From Patescibacteria group bacterium (lineage in GTDB: Bacteria > Patescibacteriota > UBA1384 > XYA2-FULL-43-10 > 1-14-0-10-43-13): a stretch of DNA of 41,248 nt. A program made the translations under genes and the position numbers. The stretch lies in the NCBI GenBank assembly GCA_038216025.1, contig JBBQQK010000002.1:1-41248 (forward strand). Direction: 5' to 3'. Of the stretch, positions 1-8,706 are shown one piece after another. The notes beneath the pieces are model-generated. The model did no database searches, had not been told where the DNA came from, and saw nothing but the letters and a program-made list of their open reading frames with translations. Position 1 is the first letter of the stretch, and every line of letters begins with the position of its first letter.

Positions 1-3000
1 GTCGCTCGGGATTACATCGTCGCCTGATGAATTACTAACCGTGTTATTTAAAGTCAGATTGTTAAAAGCATTGCCGGTCGAGATAATTCGGTTATTGCCC
101 GCAGTTCCATTCATCACGACCGTTGATTGATCTTTTGTAAATACATCATAAAGCTCCAATTCCCGTCCGGCTCGAATCTCTGATGTATCGGCGTCTATTT
201 CATTGAGATTACCATCTGAATTATTTTCACGAAGCAAATTAGTAACTGAAATAATCGAACCGTTGCATTTTAATTTGCCATACATATTATTAGATGCAGT
301 GTCATGGCCGATTTTAAAGAAATTGCCAATCGTCAAATTATATCCGCCTGTATCTAGAGTCGTAGTAGCGCCAGTTACAGTGCTGTTTACTTGTAAGTAA
401 CCGGTGGTTGTAATAGCCCCCAACATAGTCACTGTGGCGCTGGCATCACTTCTGACTACTAAGGTTTCATAAGTTCCGCCCGGAATACTGCCATCACTGC
501 CGAACATAAAATATGTAGCAACTCCGGTAATGTTGTATCCGACATCATGAGTACGATTTAAAACTAGAGGACTGGTCTCGCTGTAGTAGTCCATGATCTG
601 AGGACCACTGCTCGTAATAGTAACTTTGCTTCCAGATGTACTGCCTACAGTAAAAGTACCTTCAATATCAGTTCTATTAGACAGCGTGACAGTTTGCCCT
701 GCGGTGATGGCTGTTAGATTTGTAAATCGCTTGCCACTGCCTCCGGTATTTAAAGTAACACTGGCACCGGTCAGCACGACATTACTTGTCCCGCGGGTAA
801 ATGTGCCGGCGGAATGGTCCCAGTTGCCACTGGCTGTTATTGTCGAGGCGTTGGCCGTTAGTGTGCCATTAATAGTAAAATTCACCGCCGTAATATTGTA
901 ATTACTCGCAGTTGTAGCTAGTATTGCTCCGGTATCAATTGTTAAATTTCCAGTCAATGCATTCGCAGCAGTTAAACTAGCTGCTAAATCATAAGTTTCA
1001 GCCCCGGATATCTGTAAATTTTTGTAAGGCGCCGTTAATACATTTACATTCCCCCCTGAATTGATAGCTGAATATTGTACTGTTGAAGTTCCCATGCTTA
1101 AGGTTCCAGAATTGGAAAATACTGTAGCCGCCGATCCTGTTCCAGCCAAGGTCAATGTATTTGCCCCCAAACCAAAGGTTCCGGCTGTCACGGTCATAGT
1201 TGAAACTTTGACCGAAGAACCCATAGTTAACGATGTTCCATTTAGCTCAACCGCACCTAAATCTTGCTTAGCGACATTGCTATCAGTTAAAGTTGTCGTC
1301 CCATTAAAGCTTGTCACGGTCCCATTAGTCTGTTTTGTCCAAATAAAACCGTCAGAAATAGAAACAGATTCAGCAATATATACTTTGGGATTATTTGAAA
1401 GATCCAGAGTTCCAGCGGTTAAAGTCATTTGATAATCAACATCCAAGCTTCCGTTTACAATTAATTTTCTTCCCGATTTATTCACCGTTAAGACTAGAAA
1501 ATCGCAACTATCTAGATTTGCTCCAGAATCTACCGTTGTTCCGCCCGAGGTCGTCAATGTCGAATCAGCCGAAGTTCCTGTAAAATTAACGGTTCCATAA
1601 GTGCCGAATTGTCCAGAAGAATCAGTTATCGAACTGCACACCGCCGCGCGATTACTAAAGTCACCGCTAACATTTAATGTTTTATCACCTATTATAATTC
1701 TACCTAACCCATTTGTCGTTGCTCCCACAGCAGAAGTCGTAATATTTGTTGCGGTCACGGTGGTTATGGTCCCAAGTGTGATTGTTGTATTATCAGCGCC
1801 CGCGCCACCAACACTATCAGTTCCAATCTCTAGATTTCCAAAATCTATGTTAGCAGTAGTGCCGTTCAAGTTAGCATTTTTTGTAACCCCAGTCGCCCCG
1901 TCGGAAGCGAATATTACGGCGCCTGTTCCCTTTGTGAATGTGGAATCATTTACAAAATTATAGCTGGGTTTTGGAGAAGATAAGTCAATTCTTAAATTAT
2001 AAGCGGTGCTTGCGAAGGAGAAGGTAGCAAAGTTAATCACACCTTTTGTTTGAATATTGCTTAACGGAGTGACTGTTCCGGATACAATCTTTAGTAAGTA
2101 AAATGGGTTGGAATAAGGAGACGATATGCTGCCTGACTGATTAATCGTCGAGGTATTCCCAGCTCCTGGGTTTAAGTGGACACATGAAGCACCTTTGTTG
2201 AATGTGCCGGCGCTTGTATCCCAATTACCACTTACTCGAATGCCACTGGTGTCGTTATCGCTGCCACCGTTCAATACTCCCCCAGCAGAAAGAGTAAGAT
2301 CTTTTACTGTAAGACTACTTTGAAGATTCATGGTTAACGTTCCAGAGATGGTTGTATTTCCGGCCGTTAAACTTGCGATAATTCCGATACTTAATGTTCC
2401 GTCTGCAATAGTAAGGGTTCCGTTACAGGTGATTGGAACTCCATTTGTGACTGTGTATACTCCGCCACTGCCATTGATTTTTAAATTATTATACACAAAA
2501 TTTGGTATATTCCTTGACCCGGATGTCGCCGTATACTCAACCGTTCCGTGGGTTGCATCATTTGTTAAAGTGACCGTTTCATCGCCAGTCAACTTTAACG
2601 TTCCATTATTGGAAAAAGTTCCGCTAACACTTAAGTTTTTTCTGTTCAAATCGACGGTTTTACCGGAACCAATTGTCATATTCCCGTTATTTGAAATACT
2701 AGCGCCTAAGGTTAAGTTTGTTCCAATTAAATTAAATGACGACCATGTAGTTATAGTATTAGTTCCTTGTGTGATATTGCCTATATACCCAGATTGAATA
2801 TCTAGCGTGTCCACCGAAACCGCAGTATCAATTGTCAAATCACCGGTTCTTGTTCCAGTAAATATGGCTGTATCTATATCGGTTGGTACGCTTTTTCCGC
2901 CATTTCCACCATCAATATCTGACCAATTGGCCGTGTCATTCCAGTTATATGAGCCGTCTCCGTTTGCGATCCAATATCTGGTAACCGGCGTACCTATAAT

Positions 3001-4812
3001 TGTGGTGGTTACCTCTAAGTAAGGACGATAGTCCGCAGCTGCTTCTTGAGAATATAGGACAATATACTCATTGTTTGAAGGAGTGGCATTACTTAAATCT
3101 CTGTTTGACATCAAAGCGTATCTCGTGATCCCTGTCCTGCTGACCCAAGTAGGATCCAAGTCATTTGATGCATAATAAGTATCACCACTAATATCTGCCG
3201 TATTTTTCCATAAAGCATCAAGAGTGCTTGCTAATGCTCCATCATAATTTGCCTCAGCGTTTCCTTCACTTATTGGACTAGTCCAATCGTACTTGTGTAT
3301 CTTTAAATCAAAATTTGTATCGAGCAAACTATTTGTTCCATCCATTTTCATGTATAAATTAGTTTTTGTTACATTTTTACTATTACCGATCCCGGAAGTA
3401 TTAAATTCCAAAAATCCTCTTGTTACAAAATAGTCTGATCCATCCCAACCTTGACCTACATAATTATTATTATTTGAAGTATAACTCCCCCCAGCTGAAC
3501 TTGATCTGGTAGCGGGGTAGTCACTTTCATATCCATAAACATATCCGTCATTTGTAGTTCCGTAATATGTATTCGGATCAATTTTAACCGGATAATTAGC
3601 ATCTTTTAGCCATTTATAAGAAAACAATACCGACATTTTAATGCCGTTATTAGTGTTCTCAATGATGGCTTTCCCTGTTTCAAATTTTTTTCCAACACCT
3701 TTTTTACTATCCCAACCAACTGGAGCGATCATTTTCCATAAAGTATAATTACCATTTTTGAATTCAATTGCGCCCTTGTCAAAAATAGTTTTTTGTCCAT
3801 CCCAAAGATTACTGTTGATATAAATATCTATTCCGGAGTCAAAATTAAGATTTAGTTCCATGCCTAAAGCTAAGCTGCTATCAGCTTTTAGATCATCCTT
3901 TGGTGATGGAAGAGAATCGAATGATGGAATGGCTATCTCTTTTTGTATATCAACAACATTGGTCTGGTAAGAAAAGTCCAATCCCTCGCCATAAGCGTTC
4001 GGGAATTTTAATACATTGCCGTCGGCGACCCCATTCGTATTTTGCGGTTTGGAAATTATTTGTTCTTTCCCGTCATCTGTTGACCATTTTAAGTCGCCCA
4101 ATCCCACAGAGAAGCTTTTTTTGTCTTTTGTGAGACTGATTAGTTTTTTGTTATTAAAATTATCTTTGATATCAGCCTGATAGATTGATTTTTGCATTTC
4201 ATAACCATTAGCGTCTTTCTTAATGGTCGTGTCGATATCATATAACTTGCCACTATTGTTATAGTGCATTGGATTTGCACTGATGATGTATTTGACGGTG
4301 CCGTCATTGTTATCAAACGCCTTCTGATACATTGTTCTTTTGTTGAGAATTTCTTTAGAGCCATTTTTTAAACCGGGAAATTGCTTTGTTATAGCCCCAT
4401 TCTCTGCGACTTGTTCAGCAATGGGTGATATGACTTTGTTTTTTGTCGCAAAGGATCCGCTTGGCATGGCTGTCATGCCGGATACTGCAAATAAGACGAA
4501 CATTGATCCAAAAATAGTTAAAGCTCCATAGTGAACCTTATTTGCGTAAGGTTTGACGTGCCAGTTGTAGTACCACTGGTATCTTATTCTGCAATAGTTG
4601 TGCATAGGAACAAAAAAAGAAAAAGTTGTCTTTGTCGATTGTTGAATTTGTTGGAGTTTTTGATCAATTTTGAGCAATTCTTTAAGATGGACTTCACCTT
4701 CAGTAATTAGCTCTTGTTTGACTTTTTGATCAATTTTTTTAGCACGATAAGAACTGCTTTTGAGAACGTTTTTGAGTCTATTCAAGTTTAAAAACAAAAT
4801 AATACCCTCCAT
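1..4812 (-). CDS. Giant secreted/surface beta-strand-repeat (parallel beta-helix-like) protein; the 3' end lies beyond the window (1604 codons visible)
   Basis: Absent from the ORF track because no stop lies in the window. My minus-strand translation, in the frame whose last codon ends at position 1, is open from ATG 4812 (directly after an in-frame TAA) to position 1. An alternative start is TTG 4797, 7 nt after GGAGGG. No other minus-strand ORF of 60 aa or more is listed in 1-4139, consistent with one continuous frame. The N-terminus is a charged segment followed by the hydrophobic helix GALTIFGSMFVLFAVSGMTAM. The middle domain ends ...YSQEAAADYRPYLEVTT. Then come YWIANGDGSYNWNDTANWSDIDGGNGGKSVPTDIDTAIF and recurring G/T/N/S-rich modules: SGNWDxSAGTF at 799-831 and 2200-2232, GTVEY...FVYNNLKINGSG, and NAFNNLTLNN at the window edge. 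Confidence 0.8.
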   Translation of the reverse strand, partial: MEGIILFLNLNRLKNVLKSSSYRAKKIDQKVKQELITEGEVHLKELLKIDQKLQQIQQSTKTTFSFFVPMHNYCRIRYQWYYNWHVKPYANKVHYGALTIFGSMFVLFAVSGMTAMPSGSFATKNKVISPIAEQVAENGAITKQFPGLKNGSKEILNKRTMYQKAFDNNDGTVKYIISANPMHYNNSGKLYDIDTTIKKDANGYEMQKSIYQADIKDNFNNKKLISLTKDKKSFSVGLGDLKWSTDDGKEQIISKPQNTNGVADGNVLKFPNAYGEGLDFSYQTNVVDIQKEIAIPSFDSLPSPKDDLKADSSLALGMELNLNFDSGIDIYINSNLWDGQKTIFDKGAIEFKNGNYTLWKMIAPVGWDSKKGVGKKFETGKAIIENTNNGIKMSVLFSYKWLKDANYPVKIDPNTYYGTTNDGYVYGYESDYPATRSSSAGGSYTSNNNNYVGQGWDGSDYFVTRGFLEFNTSGIGNSKNVTKTNLYMKMDGTNSLLDTNFDLKIHKYDWTSPISEGNAEANYDGALASTLDALWKNTADISGDTYYASNDLDPTWVSRTGITRYALMSNRDLSNATPSNNEYIVLYSQEAAADYRPYLEVTTTIIGTPVTRYWIANGDGSYNWNDTANWSDIDGGNGGKSVPTDIDTAIFTGTRTGDLTIDTAVSVDTLDIQSGYIGNITQGTNTITTWSSFNLIGTNLTLGASISNNGNMTIGSGKTVDLNRKNLSVSGTFSNNGTLKLTGDETVTLTNDATHGTVEYTATSGSRNIPNFVYNNLKINGSGGVYTVTNGVPITCNGTLTIADGTLSIGIIASLTAGNTTISGTLTMNLQSSLTVKDLTLSAGGVLNGGSDNDTSGIRVSGNWDTSAGTFNKGASCVHLNPGAGNTSTINQSGSISSPYSNPFYLLKIVSGTVTPLSNIQTKGVINFATFSFASTAYNLRIDLSSPKPSYNFVNDSTFTKGTGAVIFASDGATGVTKNANLNGTTANIDFGNLEIGTDSVGGAGADNTTITLGTITTVTATNITTSAVGATTNGLGRIIIGDKTLNVSGDFSNRAAVCSSITDSSGQFGTYGTVNFTGTSADSTLTTSGGTTVDSGANLDSCDFLVLTVNKSGRKLIVNGSLDVDYQMTLTAGTLDLSNNPKVYIAESVSISDGFIWTKQTNGTVTSFNGTTTLTDSNVAKQDLGAVELNGTSLTMGSSVKVSTMTVTAGTFGLGANTLTLAGTGSAATVFSNSGTLSMGTSTVQYSAINSGGNVNVLTAPYKNLQISGAETYDLAASLTAANALTGNLTIDTGAILATTASNYNITAVNFTINGTLTANASTITASGNWDHSAGTFTRGTSNVVLTGASVTLNTGGSGKRFTNLTAITAGQTVTLSNRTDIEGTFTVGSTSGSKVTITSSGPQIMDYYSETSPLVLNRTHDVGYNITGVATYFMFGSDGSIPGGTYETLVVRSDASATVTMLGAITTTGYLQVNSTVTGATTTLDTGGYNLTIGNFFKIGHDTASNNMYGKLKCNGSIISVTNLLRENNSDGNLNEIDADTSEIRAGRELELYDVFTKDQSTVVMNGTAGNNRIISTGNAFNNLTLNNTVSNSSGDDVIPSD

Positions 4813-4830
4813 TTATCCTTAGTCCATTTT

Positions 4831-4859
4831 ATTCTACCATAAGCAAAATATCAGTGCAA
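4831..4859 (-). promoter_or_regulatory. Sigma70-like promoter for the giant surface protein gene
   Basis: Minus strand reads TTGCAC (4859-4854), a 17-nt spacer, then TAGAAT (4836-4831), about 20 nt upstream of ATG 4812. Confidence 0.4.
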
Positions 4860-4923
4860 AATTATATTATGATCTAATATTTTTTTAGTAAGGCAATTAA
4901 ATAAGTAATAAATCTTATTTAAT

Positions 4924-7900
4924 TCATCGCTCGTTTTGGTTACTGTGGCAAATGTTGTAGTACTGGCATTTTCCGTCGCTTTTTTTGCAAGCTTGGTCGT
5001 CCAGGTGAAATTCTAGGTTGCATATTTTATCGTAGGTTTCTTCAACAATATTTTTGAATTTAGCATACGAATCTTCGTCTACAGGAAGGGACACCTTCTT
5101 AAACATATCTTTGTCTGGGGCTATGAAGTCAAATTCAATCTCCCCCACTTTCCAATTGAAAAGAGGGTCTGTCTCCGCTAAGAGTTTATAGAAAAATGCC
5201 TGGTATAAATATTTCGTATCGGCTTCTTTTGTGTTTCCTAACAGATGGTTTTGCGATTTTGGTTTGGCAGTTTTGTAGTCTATTATTTTTACATTGCTGC
5301 TGTTCTTTTCTATCAAATCAATACGGTCGATTTTTCCTGTAATGGGAATATCTTTAAAATGAACATTGTGACGGGAAAAATCGTATTCGCAAGATACCGG
5401 TATCCCCTTTTTGGTCCATTCTTCGTTATAAAAATCGTAATACCTTGTAAGAACATCTTTGCCTTGATCAAGTGCTCGAGAGTAGCCTTCCTCAGAAAAT
5501 AACTCTTCCTCAAGCGCTGTTTCATAATCAGCAATTACTTCATTTTTTGACGGTAGTTTGAAGTCCCGTTTGTATTTTCTAAACAGGAGCTCTAATGCCT
5601 TGTGCATTGCTGTGCCATAGCTTTGGGAGAAGTCTTTTGTCTTGGGAACGCGTAAAATATTGTCGTAAAAAAATCTTTGGGGACATTCTAGGTACGCGTT
5701 GAGAGCAGTAGGGCTCAATTTGAAGTCGAGAATCAACTGCCGCAAAAAATCTTCTAATTTCTCAGAAGGATGCCATTTTTTTTGTGCAAATGTGAGCCTA
5801 AGTCGTTCGTCATATAAATCTTCATACTTTTTCACATCAATTTTACTCGTTAGTGTTAAGTCTATTTCGCTTAAAAATTTTGAAGGCACTGTTAATGAAG
5901 CGCTGCCTGCTTCGCCGTAAGCATTTGCAAAAGTAAGAAATATTTGTTTCTTTGCTCTAGTTAGAGCAACATAAAAAAGACGCCGTTCCTCTTCTTGCTG
6001 GGCCAAAGTTTCAAAGGACGGATCTTCTATTTCTTCTGACTTTTGTCTAGATAGAATACTTTTTGGCAGTTTAATTAATTCTTTCTTAGTTTTATTTCCC
6101 CAGTGTCTATCGGTGCATTTTATTATAAATACAAATTCGAACTCTAAACCTTTTGACTTATGAGCCGTCATTAAATGCACCCCTTCATAATTGGCAGATA
6201 GTTCTCTTTCCTTAATCGATAAATTGTTCTCAACAAGAAGATCAAGATGAGCCAGAAATCCAGACAATTTCATTTGTTTGTTTTTAATATTTATCTTTTT
6301 AATTTCATCAAAAAATGATTGAAGGCGGTTTAAATGGTGTACTGACTCATTGAGAGTAAGCAAATAATTCAGATAGCCCGTTTCGTTGATTATATATTCG
6401 AATGCTGAAGCGAATACATCCGAGTTAGCGCGGTGTCGGCATTCAAGAAAAATCTTAGTAAATTCTTTGATTGCAATCGGTTCGTCTAGCTCCAAAGTCT
6501 CCAAAATTGTATTGTTGGATATGATATCGAAGAGATTCTTTTTTAGTTTTCTTGCTTCGATAACTACTTTGTAGATGTCTAGTGGCGAGATACCCAAAAA
6601 CGGATAGTGCATTACTTCTAATAATATATGATTATCAGTTTGTTCAACACCAAAGTTGAGAGCTTTTAGATAAGTAATTATCTTTCCAATCTCGGGGTCT
6701 TCTGTTACATTTCCGCCAATTTCAATAATATAAGGAATGTTGAGTTTTGATAAAAAATCAATTAGTTCTTCGGCGTCCCGATGTTCCTTGTATAAAACAG
6801 CTATTTCGTCGGGCTTAGTACCTTTTTTAATAATCTCTTCGATTTTTAGTGCAGTGAAAAAAGATTCCACAGAACCATGAGAGAATTCAGCAATCTCTAT
6901 ATCTCCCTTTAAATCGGAACGCTGACTTTTAAGGTTTTTGGGAATATTCATTATCGAAAAGATTTGATTGGTGTTGTTTTGTATGGCAGACCGTGAAAGA
7001 TCTAATATTTGTTGTGTTGAGCGATAGTTGTTTTCCAGCACAACCGTCTTAGCGCTTTTGTATGTATCTTTGAAAAATAAAATATTTTCAAGCGATGCTC
7101 CTTGAAATCTAAAAATAGATTGTTCGTCGTCCCCTACCACAAAAACATTTGGTTCGTCATAAAAGCTGCCGAGCACTTCTACAATTTTATTTTGGGCTGA
7201 ATTAGTATCCTGATATTCATCAACAAGTATGTACTGATATTTTTCTTGATATGTGGCTAATATTTCATCATCTGTCTCAAAAGCATTGATGACAAACAGG
7301 ATCATATCTGAGTAATCGTACTTGCCTTCACTTTGTAATACTTCGTCATACTTAGTGTATATGGCGGCCAGTTCTAAGTTTCTCTGAAGTGAAGTTTCTA
7401 ATTGCTGATATTTGGCTTTTACTTTTCCTTTATGTGCTCCTTTTTCGTGGTATAGATCTTCAATTTGATTGTACTTTTCAAGTTCGTGTTCAATTAGATA
7501 TTTGAATTTTTCAGGCGATATATTTTCTTGCTTCAAATCCCCTATCGATTTCATTACAGAGCCTTGATAATAAAAAGGCGCCTTAAAAGGTTTGAGCAGC
7601 TTGTATTTTCCTTCAGATAAAATAGTCTGAATAATAAATATTTGATCAAGATCGGTCAGCTGATTAATCTTTTTGGCTGTCAGAAACTTTTCCGGAAAAA
7701 GCGAAATAATTTCATTACAGAAAGAGTGAAAAGTATGGACATGTATCTGATAGCTGGCCGCTCCGATAATCTTCAACAGCCTCTGTTTCATCGCTTGCAC
7801 TCCTGAATTGGTGAAGGTCAAGCACAAGATATTAGACGGATTTACTTGAGTCTTCTGCAATATGTTGGCAATCCGCATTGCTAGAATTTGAGTTTTGCCA

Positions 7901-8007
7901 GTCCCTGGACCGGCAATAACCATGACCGGCCCTTCAATAGTATCAACCGCCAGTTTTTGCTGCTGGTTTAGGCGATTGTATTCAGTTTGAAAAGTTTGAT
8001 TATTCAT
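4924..8007 (-). CDS. SF1 UvrD/PcrA-type DNA helicase fused to a C-terminal RecB-family (PD-(D/E)XK) nuclease with a Cys cluster (AddB/Cas4-like)
   Basis: 1027-aa ORF. Helicase motifs: AGPGTGKT (Walker A), DEYQDT, VGDDEQSIFRFQGA, NYRS, TAHKSKGLEFEFVFI, FYVALTRAKK. The C-terminal ~250 aa carry GKIDRID, IIDYKT and QAFFYKLL, bracketed by cysteines in LECPQRFF and CKKSDGKCQYYNIC. Confidence 0.85.
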   Translation of the reverse strand: MNNQTFQTEYNRLNQQQKLAVDTIEGPVMVIAGPGTGKTQILAMRIANILQKTQVNPSNILCLTFTNSGVQAMKQRLLKIIGAASYQIHVHTFHSFCNEIISLFPEKFLTAKKINQLTDLDQIFIIQTILSEGKYKLLKPFKAPFYYQGSVMKSIGDLKQENISPEKFKYLIEHELEKYNQIEDLYHEKGAHKGKVKAKYQQLETSLQRNLELAAIYTKYDEVLQSEGKYDYSDMILFVINAFETDDEILATYQEKYQYILVDEYQDTNSAQNKIVEVLGSFYDEPNVFVVGDDEQSIFRFQGASLENILFFKDTYKSAKTVVLENNYRSTQQILDLSRSAIQNNTNQIFSIMNIPKNLKSQRSDLKGDIEIAEFSHGSVESFFTALKIEEIIKKGTKPDEIAVLYKEHRDAEELIDFLSKLNIPYIIEIGGNVTEDPEIGKIITYLKALNFGVEQTDNHILLEVMHYPFLGISPLDIYKVVIEARKLKKNLFDIISNNTILETLELDEPIAIKEFTKIFLECRHRANSDVFASAFEYIINETGYLNYLLTLNESVHHLNRLQSFFDEIKKINIKNKQMKLSGFLAHLDLLVENNLSIKERELSANYEGVHLMTAHKSKGLEFEFVFIIKCTDRHWGNKTKKELIKLPKSILSRQKSEEIEDPSFETLAQQEEERRLFYVALTRAKKQIFLTFANAYGEAGSASLTVPSKFLSEIDLTLTSKIDVKKYEDLYDERLRLTFAQKKWHPSEKLEDFLRQLILDFKLSPTALNAYLECPQRFFYDNILRVPKTKDFSQSYGTAMHKALELLFRKYKRDFKLPSKNEVIADYETALEEELFSEEGYSRALDQGKDVLTRYYDFYNEEWTKKGIPVSCEYDFSRHNVHFKDIPITGKIDRIDLIEKNSSNVKIIDYKTAKPKSQNHLLGNTKEADTKYLYQAFFYKLLAETDPLFNWKVGEIEFDFIAPDKDMFKKVSLPVDEDSYAKFKNIVEETYDKICNLEFHLDDQACKKSDGKCQYYNICHSNQNER

Positions 8008-8008
8008 T

Positions 8009-8191
8009 TTACAAAGATGAAAAATTTTGTTTGATTGTATTTATCGTCAGACTATTTATTGTCTTATCGGTCTCTGTGACTGGCGACGAGTCTTCTTTCC
8101 ACGCTTTTTTTATATCCAAAGTGAAATTATTGAGCATTATTTCCCTCGCCGCATTGGCTAGATTAATAGTAATTTCTTTATAACTAGGCAT
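8009..8191 (-). pseudogene. 60-codon N-terminal fragment of an inositol monophosphatase (SuhB/CysQ)-family gene
   Basis: ANAAREIMLNNF...KKAWKEDSSPVTETDKTINSLTINTIKQNF matches the family N-terminus up to just before the metal-binding EE motif, then stops. Its TAA (8009-8011) lies 1 nt from the helicase ATG (8007). Confidence 0.55.
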
Positions 8192-8204
8192 ATTTTCCTT
8201 ATAA

Positions 8205-8520
8205 TTAAATAGTCATCCTGAACGAACGAAGAGAGTGAAGGATCTGGCTTTGCGTATACAGATCTTCCATTTTTGGGCTGTTTTTCCTTATTAAATCTAG
8301 TTTTTTCTGTCTGGTCCAGTCTTTGATTTTATTTTCTGCAATGATTGCTTCGATTGGGGCATTGAATTATTGGAGCCATAATAGTTTATATAAATGATAC
8401 TTCTCGGAAAATGAATTTTATACCAAACCATTTTTATGTTAAAAATTCTCTCTCTATATTATTTGTTGTGCCTGTATAAAGCACTGGGTCTGTAAAATTT
8501 GAGATTGTATATCTAAACAT
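8205..8520 (-). pseudogene. Decayed GIY-YIG (UPF0213-type) nuclease gene
   Basis: Hand translation gives MFRYTISNFTDPVLYTGTTNNIEREF, then a +1 shift to HKNGLV*NSFSEKYHLYKLLWLQ*FNAPIEAIIAENKIKDWTRQKKLDLIRKNSPKWKDLY. This follows the GIY-YIG pattern (LYxGxTNNxxxR ... KxW R KK LI NP W DL), but it has one frameshift and two in-frame TAA stops. Confidence 0.6.
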
Positions 8521-8706
8521 TTTATGGGTCCGCTTTGCCCACAGTGCCTCTTTGAAGAAGACTAGATTATTCGCTTGCACTCAGAATGACTATTTTATTT
8601 AAATTATATTTGGGGTGGTAGCAAATTGCCCCCTACCTTAGAATATGTACAAGCTGTACTTATTATTTTTCCAATCAGGGTACAGATTGTACCTAAGTTT
8701 ATTTGT

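Noticed and set aside
203-3022. A series of + strand ORFs (65-155 aa) that are extremely Val/Pro-rich (203-400, 626-901, 1061-1432, 1601-1963, 2330-2797, 2807-3022).
   Set aside because: They are antisense shadows of the giant minus-strand gene. Its G/T/N/S-rich codons leave the opposite strand stop-poor. They have no SD, and their composition is low-complexity and unlike real proteins.
8646-8691. Two GTAC-N5-GTAC palindromes (TGTACAAGCTGTACT and GGTACAGATTGTACC), considered as operator sites (cyanobacterial-type LexA boxes contain GTAC).
   Set aside because: They lie downstream of the DUF2130 stop rather than in a promoter. Each folds as a simple 5-6-bp hairpin, and they do not match the repeat found at lexA. 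They are more likely terminator or repeat debris.
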